The position numbers and the translations under genes were made by a program. A stretch of DNA of 64,000 nt from Octopus bimaculoides. Lineage: Eukaryota. The notes under the pieces were generated by a model. It worked only from the letters and a program-made list of their open reading frames with translations. It had not been told where the DNA came from and searched no databases. The stretch covers positions 54,684,159-54,748,158 of the forward strand of contig NC_068998.1 in the NCBI RefSeq assembly GCF_001194135.2. The letters are read 5' to 3'. This document shows positions 49,601 to 57,150 of this stretch, in pieces; position 1 is the stretch's first letter; every line of letters begins with the position of its first letter.

Positions 49601-50366
49601 GGATTTGGTTAGTCGGATGTACCAACTGTTGACCACAAGCTAAGACAAAATCTGACATCACTGATATAAAAAAAAAACAGGGATTAAAAAATCACTGATG
49701 TTGCATTTAACCACTCAGCCAAACAAAAGTGGCAAACATCGATGTACAGAATTTTAGTGACATTTTTGTGATATTGTCTCTACATCTGGAACAACCTGTT
49801 GTTGATGGAACTCCATATCTATCTTGTGCAGCATAAACTGATCAGTTGAGAAGAACAGGCCTACTGTTCAATCACTGATTGATTCTGAAATTCATTGATT
49901 GTCATTGATGAAAGTATAGGGCTCAGAGCATTTGTTAAACTTGTTTCTTGGTTAATCTGACCCAAACTATCTTATCTTTTAACTTACCAATAATCTTCAT
50001 CATTTTGCAGGTATTGGGGGACACGGAAGCTCAGGAATGACTGCTGACTTGGCGGATAAATATAAGGAGATTATCCACCGAATTTCACATTATTTTATTA
50101 ACGATGAGAATAGTAAAAGTACAACAGAATCCAAATCATTTGTTCCCAGTTCTGTAAAATCCAATCAAACTAGTAATGAAGTTAACGAAGTCACTCCATC
50201 TATAGAAACAACACATGAGGAACATCATGTAGGTTCATTGAATCCTCACCAAGAAATGAATGAACAATTGACCATACATAACAGCAACCATCCAAGAACT
50301 CTATCCAGAACTAATGTGGCTAGGACGACATCTCGTTGGAGATGTGGTCTATGTAATGTATTATAA
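2280..50366 (+). CDS. Spliced gene (20 observed coding exons + 1 inferred missing): NHR-ROC-COR-Cys/His-Death-TIR-CaaX Roco-family protein, >1234 aa
   Basis: All exons below have AG/GT boundaries and the phases chain correctly (1,2,1,0,0,[gap],0,0,0,0,0,1,0,0,0,1,1,1,0,1). Motifs were recognised by eye in the order expected for these domains. Confidence 0.9.
7182..7344 (+). CDS. Coding exon 2: pre-ROC helix and ROC P-loop (G1)
   Basis: ttttag| ... |gtaaga. (D)DTPKEIFVRGEAAIKAYEKACCSGSEAVYRTRLMLVGKDRVGKTSLKRSLLGQ(K) contains GxxxxGKT and the P.EI..RG...+..Y lead-in typical of Roco proteins. This frame is not in the ORF track. Confidence 0.92.
7753..7825. repeat. 20-bp tandem repeat, ~3.6 copies
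   Basis: Unit ttcttacctgctccaatac(c/t). Confidence 0.9.
10126..10214. repeat. 32-bp tandem repeat, ~2.8 copies
   Basis: Unit tttacttaccttgtttcattaatctaccttaa at 10126, 10158, 10190. Confidence 0.85.
14651..14805 (+). CDS. Coding exon 3: ROC switch I (ESTDGVD) and start of insert
   Basis: tttacag| ... G|gtaaat; phase 2 in, phase 1 out. DDQPLESTDGVDLSESCSF...KAWRL...APRDII. Confidence 0.88.
14922..15048. mobile_element. Tc1/mariner-type MITE (127 bp)
   Basis: TA|CAGGGTGGCCACAAGGTCTGGGTGCATGG ... CCATGTACCCAGACTTTGTGGACACCCTG|TA: 29-bp TIRs with 3 mismatches and TA duplication. Confidence 0.85.
17493..17620 (+). CDS. Coding exon 4: ROC insert
   Basis: Pyrimidine tract ctctcag| ... |gtaagt. 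GVAALEEEFTDSTALNVYLEMVLHQKEKELKNKNNFQKNDKK; phases fit both neighbours. Confidence 0.8.
19533..19817 (+). CDS. Coding exon 5: ROC insert end and G3/Walker B (WDFAGQ)
   Basis: ccccacag| ... CAG|gtagga; 95 codons ending EVTLDIWDFAGQAVYYTTHQ, the ROC signature. Confidence 0.93.
19839..20701. repeat. (TAC)n and (GT)n microsatellites flanking the 684-N gap 19949-20632
   Basis: Direct reading. Other microsatellites: (CT)n 5089-5557 around a gap, (TA/TG)n 30945-31140, (AAT)n 34037-34087, (ATT)n 45087-45150. Confidence 0.95.
21673..21817. repeat. 35-bp minisatellite, 4.1 copies
   Basis: Unit gtgttggcaacatttggt(t/c)aatgagttgatggttt at 21673, 21708, 21743, 21778; no spacers. Confidence 0.95.
21869..22127. 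mobile_element. Foldback/palindromic MITE
   Basis: 48-bp arms 21945-21992 and 22045-22092 (3 mismatches); outer IR aatatgcttgag / ctcaagcatatt with TA at both ends. Confidence 0.75.
23750..24065 (+). mobile_element. tRNA-derived SINE, family D
   Basis: ggctcagtggtt ... gagttcaattccc ... gtgtccttgagcaagactctttatttcac; the same central segment occurs in the SINE at ~30655-30940. Confidence 0.65.
24179..24364 (+). CDS. Coding exon 7: ROC, including G4 region (VGTHRN)
   Basis: EDQTVENMSNLGYIDYWMKSIHAHS...SPPMFIVGTHRNSLNDDQDILKQM|gtaagt. The 5' edge is ambiguous: acceptor ttgaag|24179 (phase 0) or ttatag|24157 (phase 2). Confidence 0.88.
24913..25126 (+). mobile_element. tRNA-derived SINE, family A
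   Basis: A-box-like tggcagagtggttagc and B-box-like gagttcaaattc, then gactttgcctttcatcc...aagtaccag. Related copies at ~15085-15270 (-), 33563-33746 (-), 34085-34308 (-), 34409-34625 (+), 38418-38582 (+), with fragments near 390-510, 19130-19200 and 23600-23690. Confidence 0.8.
25512..25631 (+). CDS. Coding exon 8: ROC G5 region (FAVEN)
   Basis: ttttgcag| ... CAG|gtttga. VKEKFNALEEFLIGKPYYKHIIKPFFAVENYGSEDEEDVQ. Confidence 0.88.
26094..26237 (+). CDS. Coding exon 9: ROC-COR junction
   Basis: ttttag| ... CAG|gtaggt. ICLLREHIQKVALQEPYMGEKIPTRWLQFEDII...; LR..I ... MGE.IP..W is the COR entry motif. Confidence 0.9.
28221..28430 (+). CDS. Coding exon 10: COR-A
   Basis: ctcag| ... |gtaagt. ...VQTMLDFYHDLGVIIYY...LVILNLQWLVEMFRRVIT, matching COR motifs L.F.HDLG.++Y and VIL.PQWL. 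Confidence 0.92.
29840..29998 (+). CDS. Coding exon 11: COR
   Basis: cttacag| ... AAG|gtagga. ...YGLLDEQLINYLW...ALLGLLQKFDLIC (G.L....+..+W and L+.KFDL+ motifs). Confidence 0.88.
30378..30600 (-). mobile_element. Probable LINE 3' end
   Basis: Minus strand ends ...gtgatcAATAAAgaaaagATT(ATT)n: a poly(A) signal followed by a short tandem tail. Confidence 0.45.
31505..31634 (+). CDS. Coding exon 12: COR-B (YYVPSM ... FHGFLP)
   Basis: aattag| ... G|gtaatt. VDNSKGASYYVPSMFHLPRDNKKLHPGNSDVVTFYLNFHGFLP; not in ORF track. Confidence 0.88.
33278..33435 (+). CDS. Coding exon 13: COR-B
   Basis: ttttcag| ... AAG|gtaaca. (E)ALFHRILAHTLHWSQECGGSEPYLYYRVARLFLDSEHDFILEMLPSSYAKVK; continues the FLP-xLFHRL motif. 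Confidence 0.88.
34409..34625 (+). mobile_element. tRNA-derived SINE, family A (near full length)
   Basis: ggtggcgagctggcggaaatgttagc ... gagttcaaattcc ... tagagtagaaaag; aligns by eye with 24913-25126. Confidence 0.8.
35353..35454 (+). CDS. Coding exon 14: COR-B
   Basis: tttgcag| ... AAG|gtattc. VVVMRVAEAREEDVYISDNGQKAPLVTSPQAVAK; 34 codons, phase 0-0. Confidence 0.8.
36517..36696 (+). CDS. Coding exon 15: COR end and Cys/His cluster
   Basis: caacag| ... AAG|gttagt. VRNFLDTTLLRLREVWMKRISYSTSVSCPCGQLCDFHHISGCTAETCLHFLDLDECLSKK. Confidence 0.88.
37390..39060 (+). pseudogene. Decayed Ty3/Gypsy LTR retrotransposon (gag knuckle, RT, connection, RNase H traces) in intron 15
   Basis: FFCGSKHTSSECPAFGQTCIKC (gag knuckle, ~37410-37480); YFAKMDLKEAHQQIEM (~38230); decayed TTINTP-GLF / YGIKTGSATF-RVIEH (~38300-38400); FLGLVN-YGRF-like stretch (~38790); many stops and frameshifts. 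Confidence 0.7.
42045..42117 (+). CDS. Coding exon 16: end of Cys/His cluster, linker
   Basis: Long pyrimidine tract, aaacag| ... G|gtgagt. VICCGHRRMKTTFVQKWFPPHHTV. Confidence 0.85.
43090..43248 (+). CDS. Coding exon 17: linker and first part of Death domain
   Basis: taaaag| ... G|gtaaga; phase 1-1. ...DLPYWIKSAAKLLNNGVENLDWVCLANYLG (A..L+ ... DW..LA..LG). Confidence 0.85.
44143..44316 (+). CDS. Coding exon 18: second part of Death domain
   Basis: aattcag| ... G|gtaagt; phase 1-1. YKKPKIDKFNNDLNPSLALLTDWILGSGNTQVSVDVLHTFLEKMSRYDIIDLLKQSR (I..F...P...LL..W ... L...L..+.R.D++.+L). Confidence 0.87.
44680..44855 (+). CDS. Coding exon 19: TIR domain N-half
   Basis: ttttccag| ... AAG|gtgaga. 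PQVFISYQWDSQDAVKALWDRLERAGISCWMDIGQMGGGDQLYNKIEQGIRNCK (VFISY ... G+..W.D ... I..GI..CK, TIR_2-like). Confidence 0.92.
48685..48720 (+). ncRNA. Degenerate minimal type I hammerhead ribozyme-like motif (Penelope-like element remnant)
   Basis: tctt-CTGATGA-g-GGAC-ttgt-GTCC-AAAA-TA-TC-aaga; stems I and II pair, while the core GAAA and stem III CG are altered at CpG positions. Confidence 0.5.
49098..49275 (+). CDS. Coding exon 20: TIR domain C-half
   Basis: attttag| ... G|gttagt. IILACVTPKYVISHLCNRELSLADGLRKPILPVMFESIVWPPPGGMALIFSNLVYIDMN; not in ORF track. Confidence 0.92.
50011..50366 (+). CDS. Coding exon 21 (terminal): last TIR helix, Ser/Thr/Asn-rich tail, C-terminal CGLCNVL
   Basis: ttttgcag|GT, phase 1 in; frame matches ORF 50037-50366; stop TAA at 50364-50366. 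Confidence 0.87.
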
Positions 50367-50418
50367 CAATGTATTAAGAATTATGTTTGTCTCTAATCCA
50401 CCTGTTATATATCACACT

Positions 50419-50424
50419 AATAAA
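50419..50424 (+). promoter_or_regulatory. Candidate polyadenylation signal AATAAA
   Basis: First AATAAA after the stop codon; others occur near 50558 and 50766. Not distinguishable without transcript data. Confidence 0.35.
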
Positions 50425-51270
50425 TCTACCTGTTAATGATTTATTGAATATTTTTAGATATGAACATAATGGTGATTTCTATCACATCTTTTGTCTTTTG
50501 TGTGTGTGTGTTTACAAACACACACAAACAAACTGGAGTTTGCAGTATTATTTTTCAAAATAAATAATCAGGATATGAGAACATGACTTATTTGGTGACC
50601 AAACCTTGAGAGTTCATTCTATAGTGTCACCCCAAAGGTTTTTAAATCTATTGAGTTATGATATTAGTTGTTGATTTACAGAATTGTACAAGGGATCTGG
50701 TCAAGTGGATAAAATATTGAAAAGCAAGCTTCTTACCACACAGCCATGCTTTCGCCTGTCTTTTGAATAAAGTAAATGGCTGCTGTGCCCCGGTGAGAAA
50801 ATGATTTTACTTTAACCAAGTTTCCATCTCTTAGAATTCTATATTCCTCTATTGTTGTGGGGCTTACGGTTTTCTGGTTATCCTCCATAACCTGTTACCG
50901 TTGCATAAAGACACACATCATTGTCATTAGCAAAAAAGTTAAAAACACTCGGATCATTATCAATATTTCTGGTGATTTGGAATATTGTGGAATGTAAATA
51001 TATTTATTGTCCTTTGGTGCTTCCCTTAACAACAAGAACTTGAATGTCTCATCAATATCACAGTTATTGGAGAACTGCCAACTTGCAATTCTATAAAGTT
51101 CTAATATAATGGTGGAATTATACATGTAACAACAGGTATGACTTTGTGTGTGTGTTTGTTAAAGAAAAGATGTAGTTGTTCTACTTGATGATCTATAAGG
51201 AATTTTTGAACAACTGTCTATCAATCAATCTATCCATCTACTCACACACAATGTGTGTGTGTGTGTGTGC

Positions 51271-51547
51271 CCCTGGACTGGCTTGTGTGGGTGGCACATA
51301 AAAGACACCATTTCAAGCGTGGCCGTTGCCAGTATCGCCTGACTGGCCTTCGTGCAGGTGACACGTAAAAGCACCTACTACACTCTCTGAGTGGTTGGCG
51401 TTAGGAAGGGCATCCAGCTGTAGAAACTCTGCCAAATTTAGATTGGAGCCTGGTGTTGCCATCCGGTTTCACCAGTCCTCAGTCAAATCGTCCAACCCAT
51501 GCTAGCATGGAAAGCGGACGTTAAGCGATGATGATGATGATGATGAT
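51271..51547 (+). mobile_element. Retroposon 3' end, family C, with (GAT)n tail (RTE-like LINE or partner SINE)
   Basis: ...gagtggttggcgttaggaagggcatccagctgtagaaactctgcc...caacccatgctagcatggaaagcggacgttaa(gat)n. Related copies at ~13225-13322 (+), 13700-14082 (+), 16445-16720 (+), 10870-11100 (-), 18555-18750 (-), 30022-30200 (-), 35668-35790 (-), 53375-53550 (-). Confidence 0.7.
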
Positions 51548-52287
51548 NNNNNNNNNNNNNNNNNNNNNNNNNNNNNNNNNNNNNNNNNNNNNNNNNNNNN
51601 NNNNNNNNNNNNNNNNNNNNNNNNNNNNNNNNNNNNNNNNNNNNNNNNNNNNNNNNNNNNNNNNNNNNNNNNNNNNNNNNNNNNNNNNNNNNNNNNNNNN
51701 NNNNNNNNNNNNNNNNNNNNNNNNNNNNNNNNNNNNNNNNNNNNNNNNNNNNNNNNNNNNNNNNNNNNNNNNNNNNNNNNNNNNNNNNNNNNNNNNNNNN
51801 NNNNNNNNNNNNNNNNNNNNNNNNNNNNNNNNNNNNNNNNNNNNNNNNNNNNNNNNNNNNNNNNNNNNNNNNNNNNNNNNNNNNNNNNNNNNNNNNNNNN
51901 NNNNNNNNNNNNNNNNNNNNNNNNNNNNNNNNNNNNNNNNNNNNNNNNNNNNNNNNNNNNNNNNNNNNNNNNNNNNNNNNNNNNNNNNNNNNNNNNNNNN
52001 NNNNNNNNNNNNNNNNNNNNNNNNNNNNNNNNNNNNNNNNNNNNNNNNNNNNNNNNNNNNNNNNNNNNNNNNNNNNNNNNNNNNNNNNNNNNNNNNNNNN
52101 NNNNNNNNNNNNNNNNNNNNNNNNNNNNNNNNNNNNNNNNNNNNNNNNNNNNNNNNNNNNNNNNNNNNNNNNNNNNNNNNNNNNNNNNNNNNNNNNNNNN
52201 NNNNNNNNNNNNNNNNNNNNNNNNNNNNNNNNNNNNNNNNNNNNNNNNNNNNNNNNNNNNNNNNNNNNNNNNNNNNNNNNNNNGCCC

Positions 52288-52373
52288 TTGTCTCTAATCC
52301 ACCTGTTATATATCACACTAATAAATCTACCTGTTAATGATTTATTGAATATTTTTAGATATGAACATAATGG
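52288..52373 (+). repeat. Exact 86-bp copy of 50387-50472 (3' UTR)
   Basis: ttgtctctaatccacctg...gaacataatgg is identical at both positions; the second copy starts 4 bp after an N gap. Confidence 0.95.
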
Positions 52374-52819
52374 GTACGTACGTATCGTAGATCAAGATGG
52401 GAAGGATAACTTCCCTTGGCAAATACAGACAGGGCACAGATGTGTGTCGATAGCCAGCTGGAGGAGATGTCCTCCTGGGGCTAAAAGCAACAGTAACATC
52501 CACCCCTCGGGGTCAGCCACATTTAAGTGGCAAATATACTTCACTTTATCGTGCAGTTACTGTTAATACCTCGTTCAGAGATTTAACATTGCTTATATCT
52601 ATATATATATATATATTGTGTCATATATATGTTAAATATCTTGTAAGACACTATCTGGACTCAAAAGACATGCTGGTTCACAAAAATATTCCTTCAGAAT
52701 CAGATTCGAAATGGCAAAGATATAGAAGAAACTTGAATAATATCTGTCTCTTGTGTTTAAAACTCAGTTAGTCAGCAGGTGGTCTTAAAAGTCATTTAAG
52801 GGATCATCAATGAATGTAT

Positions 52820-52863
<44 letters not shown>

Positions 52864-55800
52864 CATTAAGAGTTTTTAACTCTATTTCTTGCAGTTTCGG
52901 TGCTTTGGCAGCAACAATTAGTGACAATTAAATTTTTCCTTTATGGTATTATATTGCACTTAGCTGTTTATATTAATTTATATATATATATAATTATACA
53001 CACACACACACACACACGCACGTAGCAGCTCCTCTTTCAAGCATGTCATGTTCAAAACATGATTATAATAATTCATTGTGAAAAAAAAAAGCAAAAATTT
53101 TCTCCTAAACTTTTCCAGTTTATATTTATTTATTTTTTATTATCTTTTTATTACAATTCTGAAACTTTCATAATTTTTTTCAGACAATGTCTGATTTTTT
53201 GTTTTCAACATTAACTCTCAAGGCAATATTTAAATTCAGTTGTTTTGACTTCAGCATACATTGGAACAGACATCACAACTCTATCCAGCATTGCTCAGCC
53301 AACAATGGAATCTTGAGGTGGTTACTCAGTCTGCTAGATATGGCAGCCAAATTTCCCACAAATCATATCCTTTTCATCATCATCATCATCGTTTAACGTC
53401 CGTTTTCCATGCTGGCATGGGTTGGATGGTTCAGCTGGCGTCTGGAAAGCCAGCAGGCTGCACCAGACTCCAGTCTGATATGGCAATGTTTCTACAGCTG
53501 GATGCCCTTCCTAATGCCAATCACTCTGAGAGTGTAGTGAGTGCTTATGTACTATGCCTAAAAAGTATGATGAGGTGGTAACAGCTGAAATGCCTCAGAA
53601 TATGGAGTTGATTGATCAGGTTCAGCCAGATTTATGAACAAAGATTAACAATTAATTGATAGTTGACAATTCTAACAAAAGATGGTTTCCAACCAGAGTA
53701 AGCAAGGATTTAATTTTGTTGTTATGTAATACCACCAGGAGTCTCTGTGGTAGTTTAGGATAAAATCCCAGGATATGCCTTTCCATCTATTGTTGCCCCC
53801 TTATTGCTGGAAGGGTCATGGGGTTTAGACCCTCCCAGTCACCTCTTCCATAGAGTTCTACCAGAAACAACCCTCATTACACTTCCCTTCGAGATTCCAA
53901 CTGAAACTAGGGATATTATTGTCCGACCACCTTGTTCTTGGTTTACTTCTCAGTCTCCTACTGGTTGGCTCAGCTTGAAGAATCTGTCTTAGAATCCTTT
54001 CTTGTGGCATTCTAACCACATGTCTGTTGTACTAGGGACTCCCTAATCTTCGACTCAACCTCAAAGGACTCCCTAATCTTCAAGCTTTGTATCATTACAT
54101 CAGAGACCCTTCTTTTTTTATTATCTTTCGATAATTACCTGCAACAGCTGCCAGTTGATGCTGTGAATCCACTTGGGTGTTAGTGAATGAAATTAAAGAA
54201 CATCTTTGATACCAGTTTGTCTGCTGTTTTATAAGGGCTGGGCACATGAGGCCATCATTTCAAATTCATAAATTTTTGACAAAATCACCAAACAGATGAT
54301 CTAGGAACAGATTTAACTCTCGCATTCGTAAGACACAGTTTGAAGATTTTTAACTTTGGCTCAAAACAACAACAATTTAAAACAATCACGGATTTCAGTA
54401 GGTTTTGATTGTTTTGAGGCCACTTGCTGGGTTTAACTGAAGTCATCTGACATCATCATTGCTATTCCCATCTAAGATACAATGTTATACAAATTTCGTA
54501 ATTCCTTTCTCAAGGGCTCTCTTGTCTACCATTGGTGCATATTTCATCCCTTGTCCAATTCTTCAGTTCTTACCGCTGTTGCTGATTTCACCAATTGTTA
54601 TTACATCACTGTCTCTTTTACATCACACACTCTTAACCAATCGTTATATATTTGTTAATATCTTATATATTTTCATCCTAAATTCAATGCAAAATGTCAA
54701 AATTGCATAAAATTAATTTCAAACTCAAAATATTTTGATAATTAAAGTTAATTAATGGATTTCACAGAATTATTGAATTCTGGATTGAATTATTGACAGC
54801 CAGGTTCTGTTTGTATTGTTTAGTAACACTTTACTTCTAGGGATAATCTTTGCCGGTTGTGGAGAAAGAGAGAGATTTATTAACAGATTTGTACAATCGC
54901 TAACTCCTGAGCAGGAGGATCTAATGCTGTCAGCCTTTTCCTCTTTCTTTAGAATGATAAGGATTGAATTGAGGGATATTTGACAGCTATTTCTAACATA
55001 TCAAGCAGCCACATGGAGGCTTCTTGATATAATAAAGTGAACCAGAAGTTATTAGCTACAGTTAATTAGTCACATAGTAGAAGTCTGAACAAATGATTTC
55101 TTTTACCAAATCTTCATTATTCCAAAACTTATTCCATTCCGGAAAAGAACAAATGGCCAAAATATGATAAAATGTTTCACAGGGACGCAAGGATGGTTAA
55201 GAAGCTTGCTTTGCAACCATGGGATTTCAGGTTCAGTCCTAGTGTATGGCACCTTTGGCAAGTGTCTTCTACTATGGCCCTGGACTGACTTAAGGCTTTG
55301 TTGATACCATGTATCCTCCTCCTTGCACCCACCACCTGATAACCAGTGTTGGTTTGTTTACTTCTCTGTAACTTAGTGGTTCAGCAAAAGAGAACAATTG
55401 AGTGTGTACCATTTTTGATTCAAGTGTCTCTAGCATTTTCACCTGTAAAATTTTCCCCAAACAAATATTCCAAATACAAGGAATCTTTGTACAAAAAACA
55501 ATGTCTCAGAATGTTGAGATGGACATGTAAACTACGGAGCAAAAGAAAACTAAAATCCTTCAAAGAAAGAGAGAAAAAATTCTCCCCTGTCAATTTGTTT
55601 AAATCATATTCCCCCTCCCCTCACCAGTCGTTTGGCAGTTTTACTTTTAGCTTTGGTTAATCGATCTAAACTTGAAGAAAGAGAAATCAATGATGTAAAC
55701 TGCTGACGTTTGATTGGGAAAATATTTTCCCTGAAGCAGTTTGTGTTGATGGGTCAGAAATTTGGTGTTAAAAGCAGCAACACTTTAAAACGCAGCTGGA

Positions 55801-56914
55801 AAATGTTGAATAATACTAGATTTATAAGAATACCTATTGAGTGTTTATTCCATTCCCGAAATCATTACCAGGATTGCTAAACTAAAGAATATGATGTGGG
55901 TCTATTTTTTTGTCCATTTTTAAAACTAAAAATGAAGTTTGAGGAACAAAATATTTGAAAACAGTCGTTGCTATGGTTTTTATTTCTGGCAAAACTGTGT
56001 CGAAGTAGAAAAGAAGCTTCTGGAAAAACGAGAAAGAATTTTGTGAGGAGGAGAATGAAATTGTTGATGCATTAAAATCCTAATTTTTAAAATTAAGAAT
56101 CCAATAGAATATTAAGTTATGGACCAGGTATGTCAGAACTAACCAACAAGACAGAAGCAAAACAGACCTATTTGAAATTCTACACAAAATTTCTACATGC
56201 AAAACACTCAGAAAATTCCCCAGAATCTTATTTCAGCAACACAAAAGAAACAGCAATTCTTTGAGCAGAATACATTTAATCCATCATGGATCATGGCCGG
56301 GTTACAGCATAACAAAATAACATTTCACTTCTCCAGTTAAATGGTGCCAACTTAGGGAGAAATGGTGCTGGAAACACATTTTTTATGACTTGGTAGCATT
56401 GGGTGTCTTACTTTTTAAATGCAAACATGGCAAAGCAGTTGATTCATTGAATTCTTATTTCAAATTAAAAATACCACCACCACCACTCTCCCCCCCCCCC
56501 TGCAGGTTTCAGTTCTACATTGTTATTTTCTTCAAATGTTTAGTCTTTGTCAAATTCTTGGCAACACTGTTTTAATGTAAACAAACACAGCAGAAACAGA
56601 CAAATTATGCAAGAAAAATCTTGTTGAATTGATTATTTTGAATGCAGAGAAACAATTATTTGAAGAATCATGTGTTTGGTGGTTCACGTTTGCTGGATTA
56701 CTTTAGCATAAAGTCAGGAGTTAAATTCCGACTTCTGCTGCTTTGTGAGGAAAATCACTTAAATGAGATTTGCTTCAATCTGCCAAACGGATAAACCTGT
56801 TTCTTGTTTCTTGTTTCTCGTTGATAAGAAAGAATGTCCAGTTGGAAAATGGTTTCTCTAGCAAGAAAACAAACAAACAATGATCACAAAACAACAAAAG
56901 AATAATTAATATTT

Positions 56915-57150
56915 GCTTGGTGTGATTGTACGGTTAAGAAGCTTGCTTGCCAACCATGTGCTCTTGGGTTCAATCTCACTGTATGGTACCACGGCCAAGT
57001 GTCTTCTGCTATAGCTCTAGGGCTGACCAAAAGCATTGTGAGTGGATTCGGTAGATGGAAACTGAAAGAAGCCTGATGTATGAGTGTGTGTATCCTTTTC
57101 TAGACACCACACGATGGTTGTGAACAAGCACCATTGTCATACGAATAGGG
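56915..57150 (+). mobile_element. tRNA-derived SINE, family B
   Basis: ggtgtgattgtacggttaagaagcttgcttgccaaccatgtgctcttgggttcaatctcactg ... gaaactgaaagaagcc. Related copies at ~6960-7070 (-), 9770-9990 (+), 17669-17745 (+), 17950-18140 (-), 22560-22680 (-), 26900-27045 (-), 35865-36010 (-), 37230-37370 (-), 39514-39640 (+), 45900-46050 (-), 55187-55400 (+). Confidence 0.75.
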
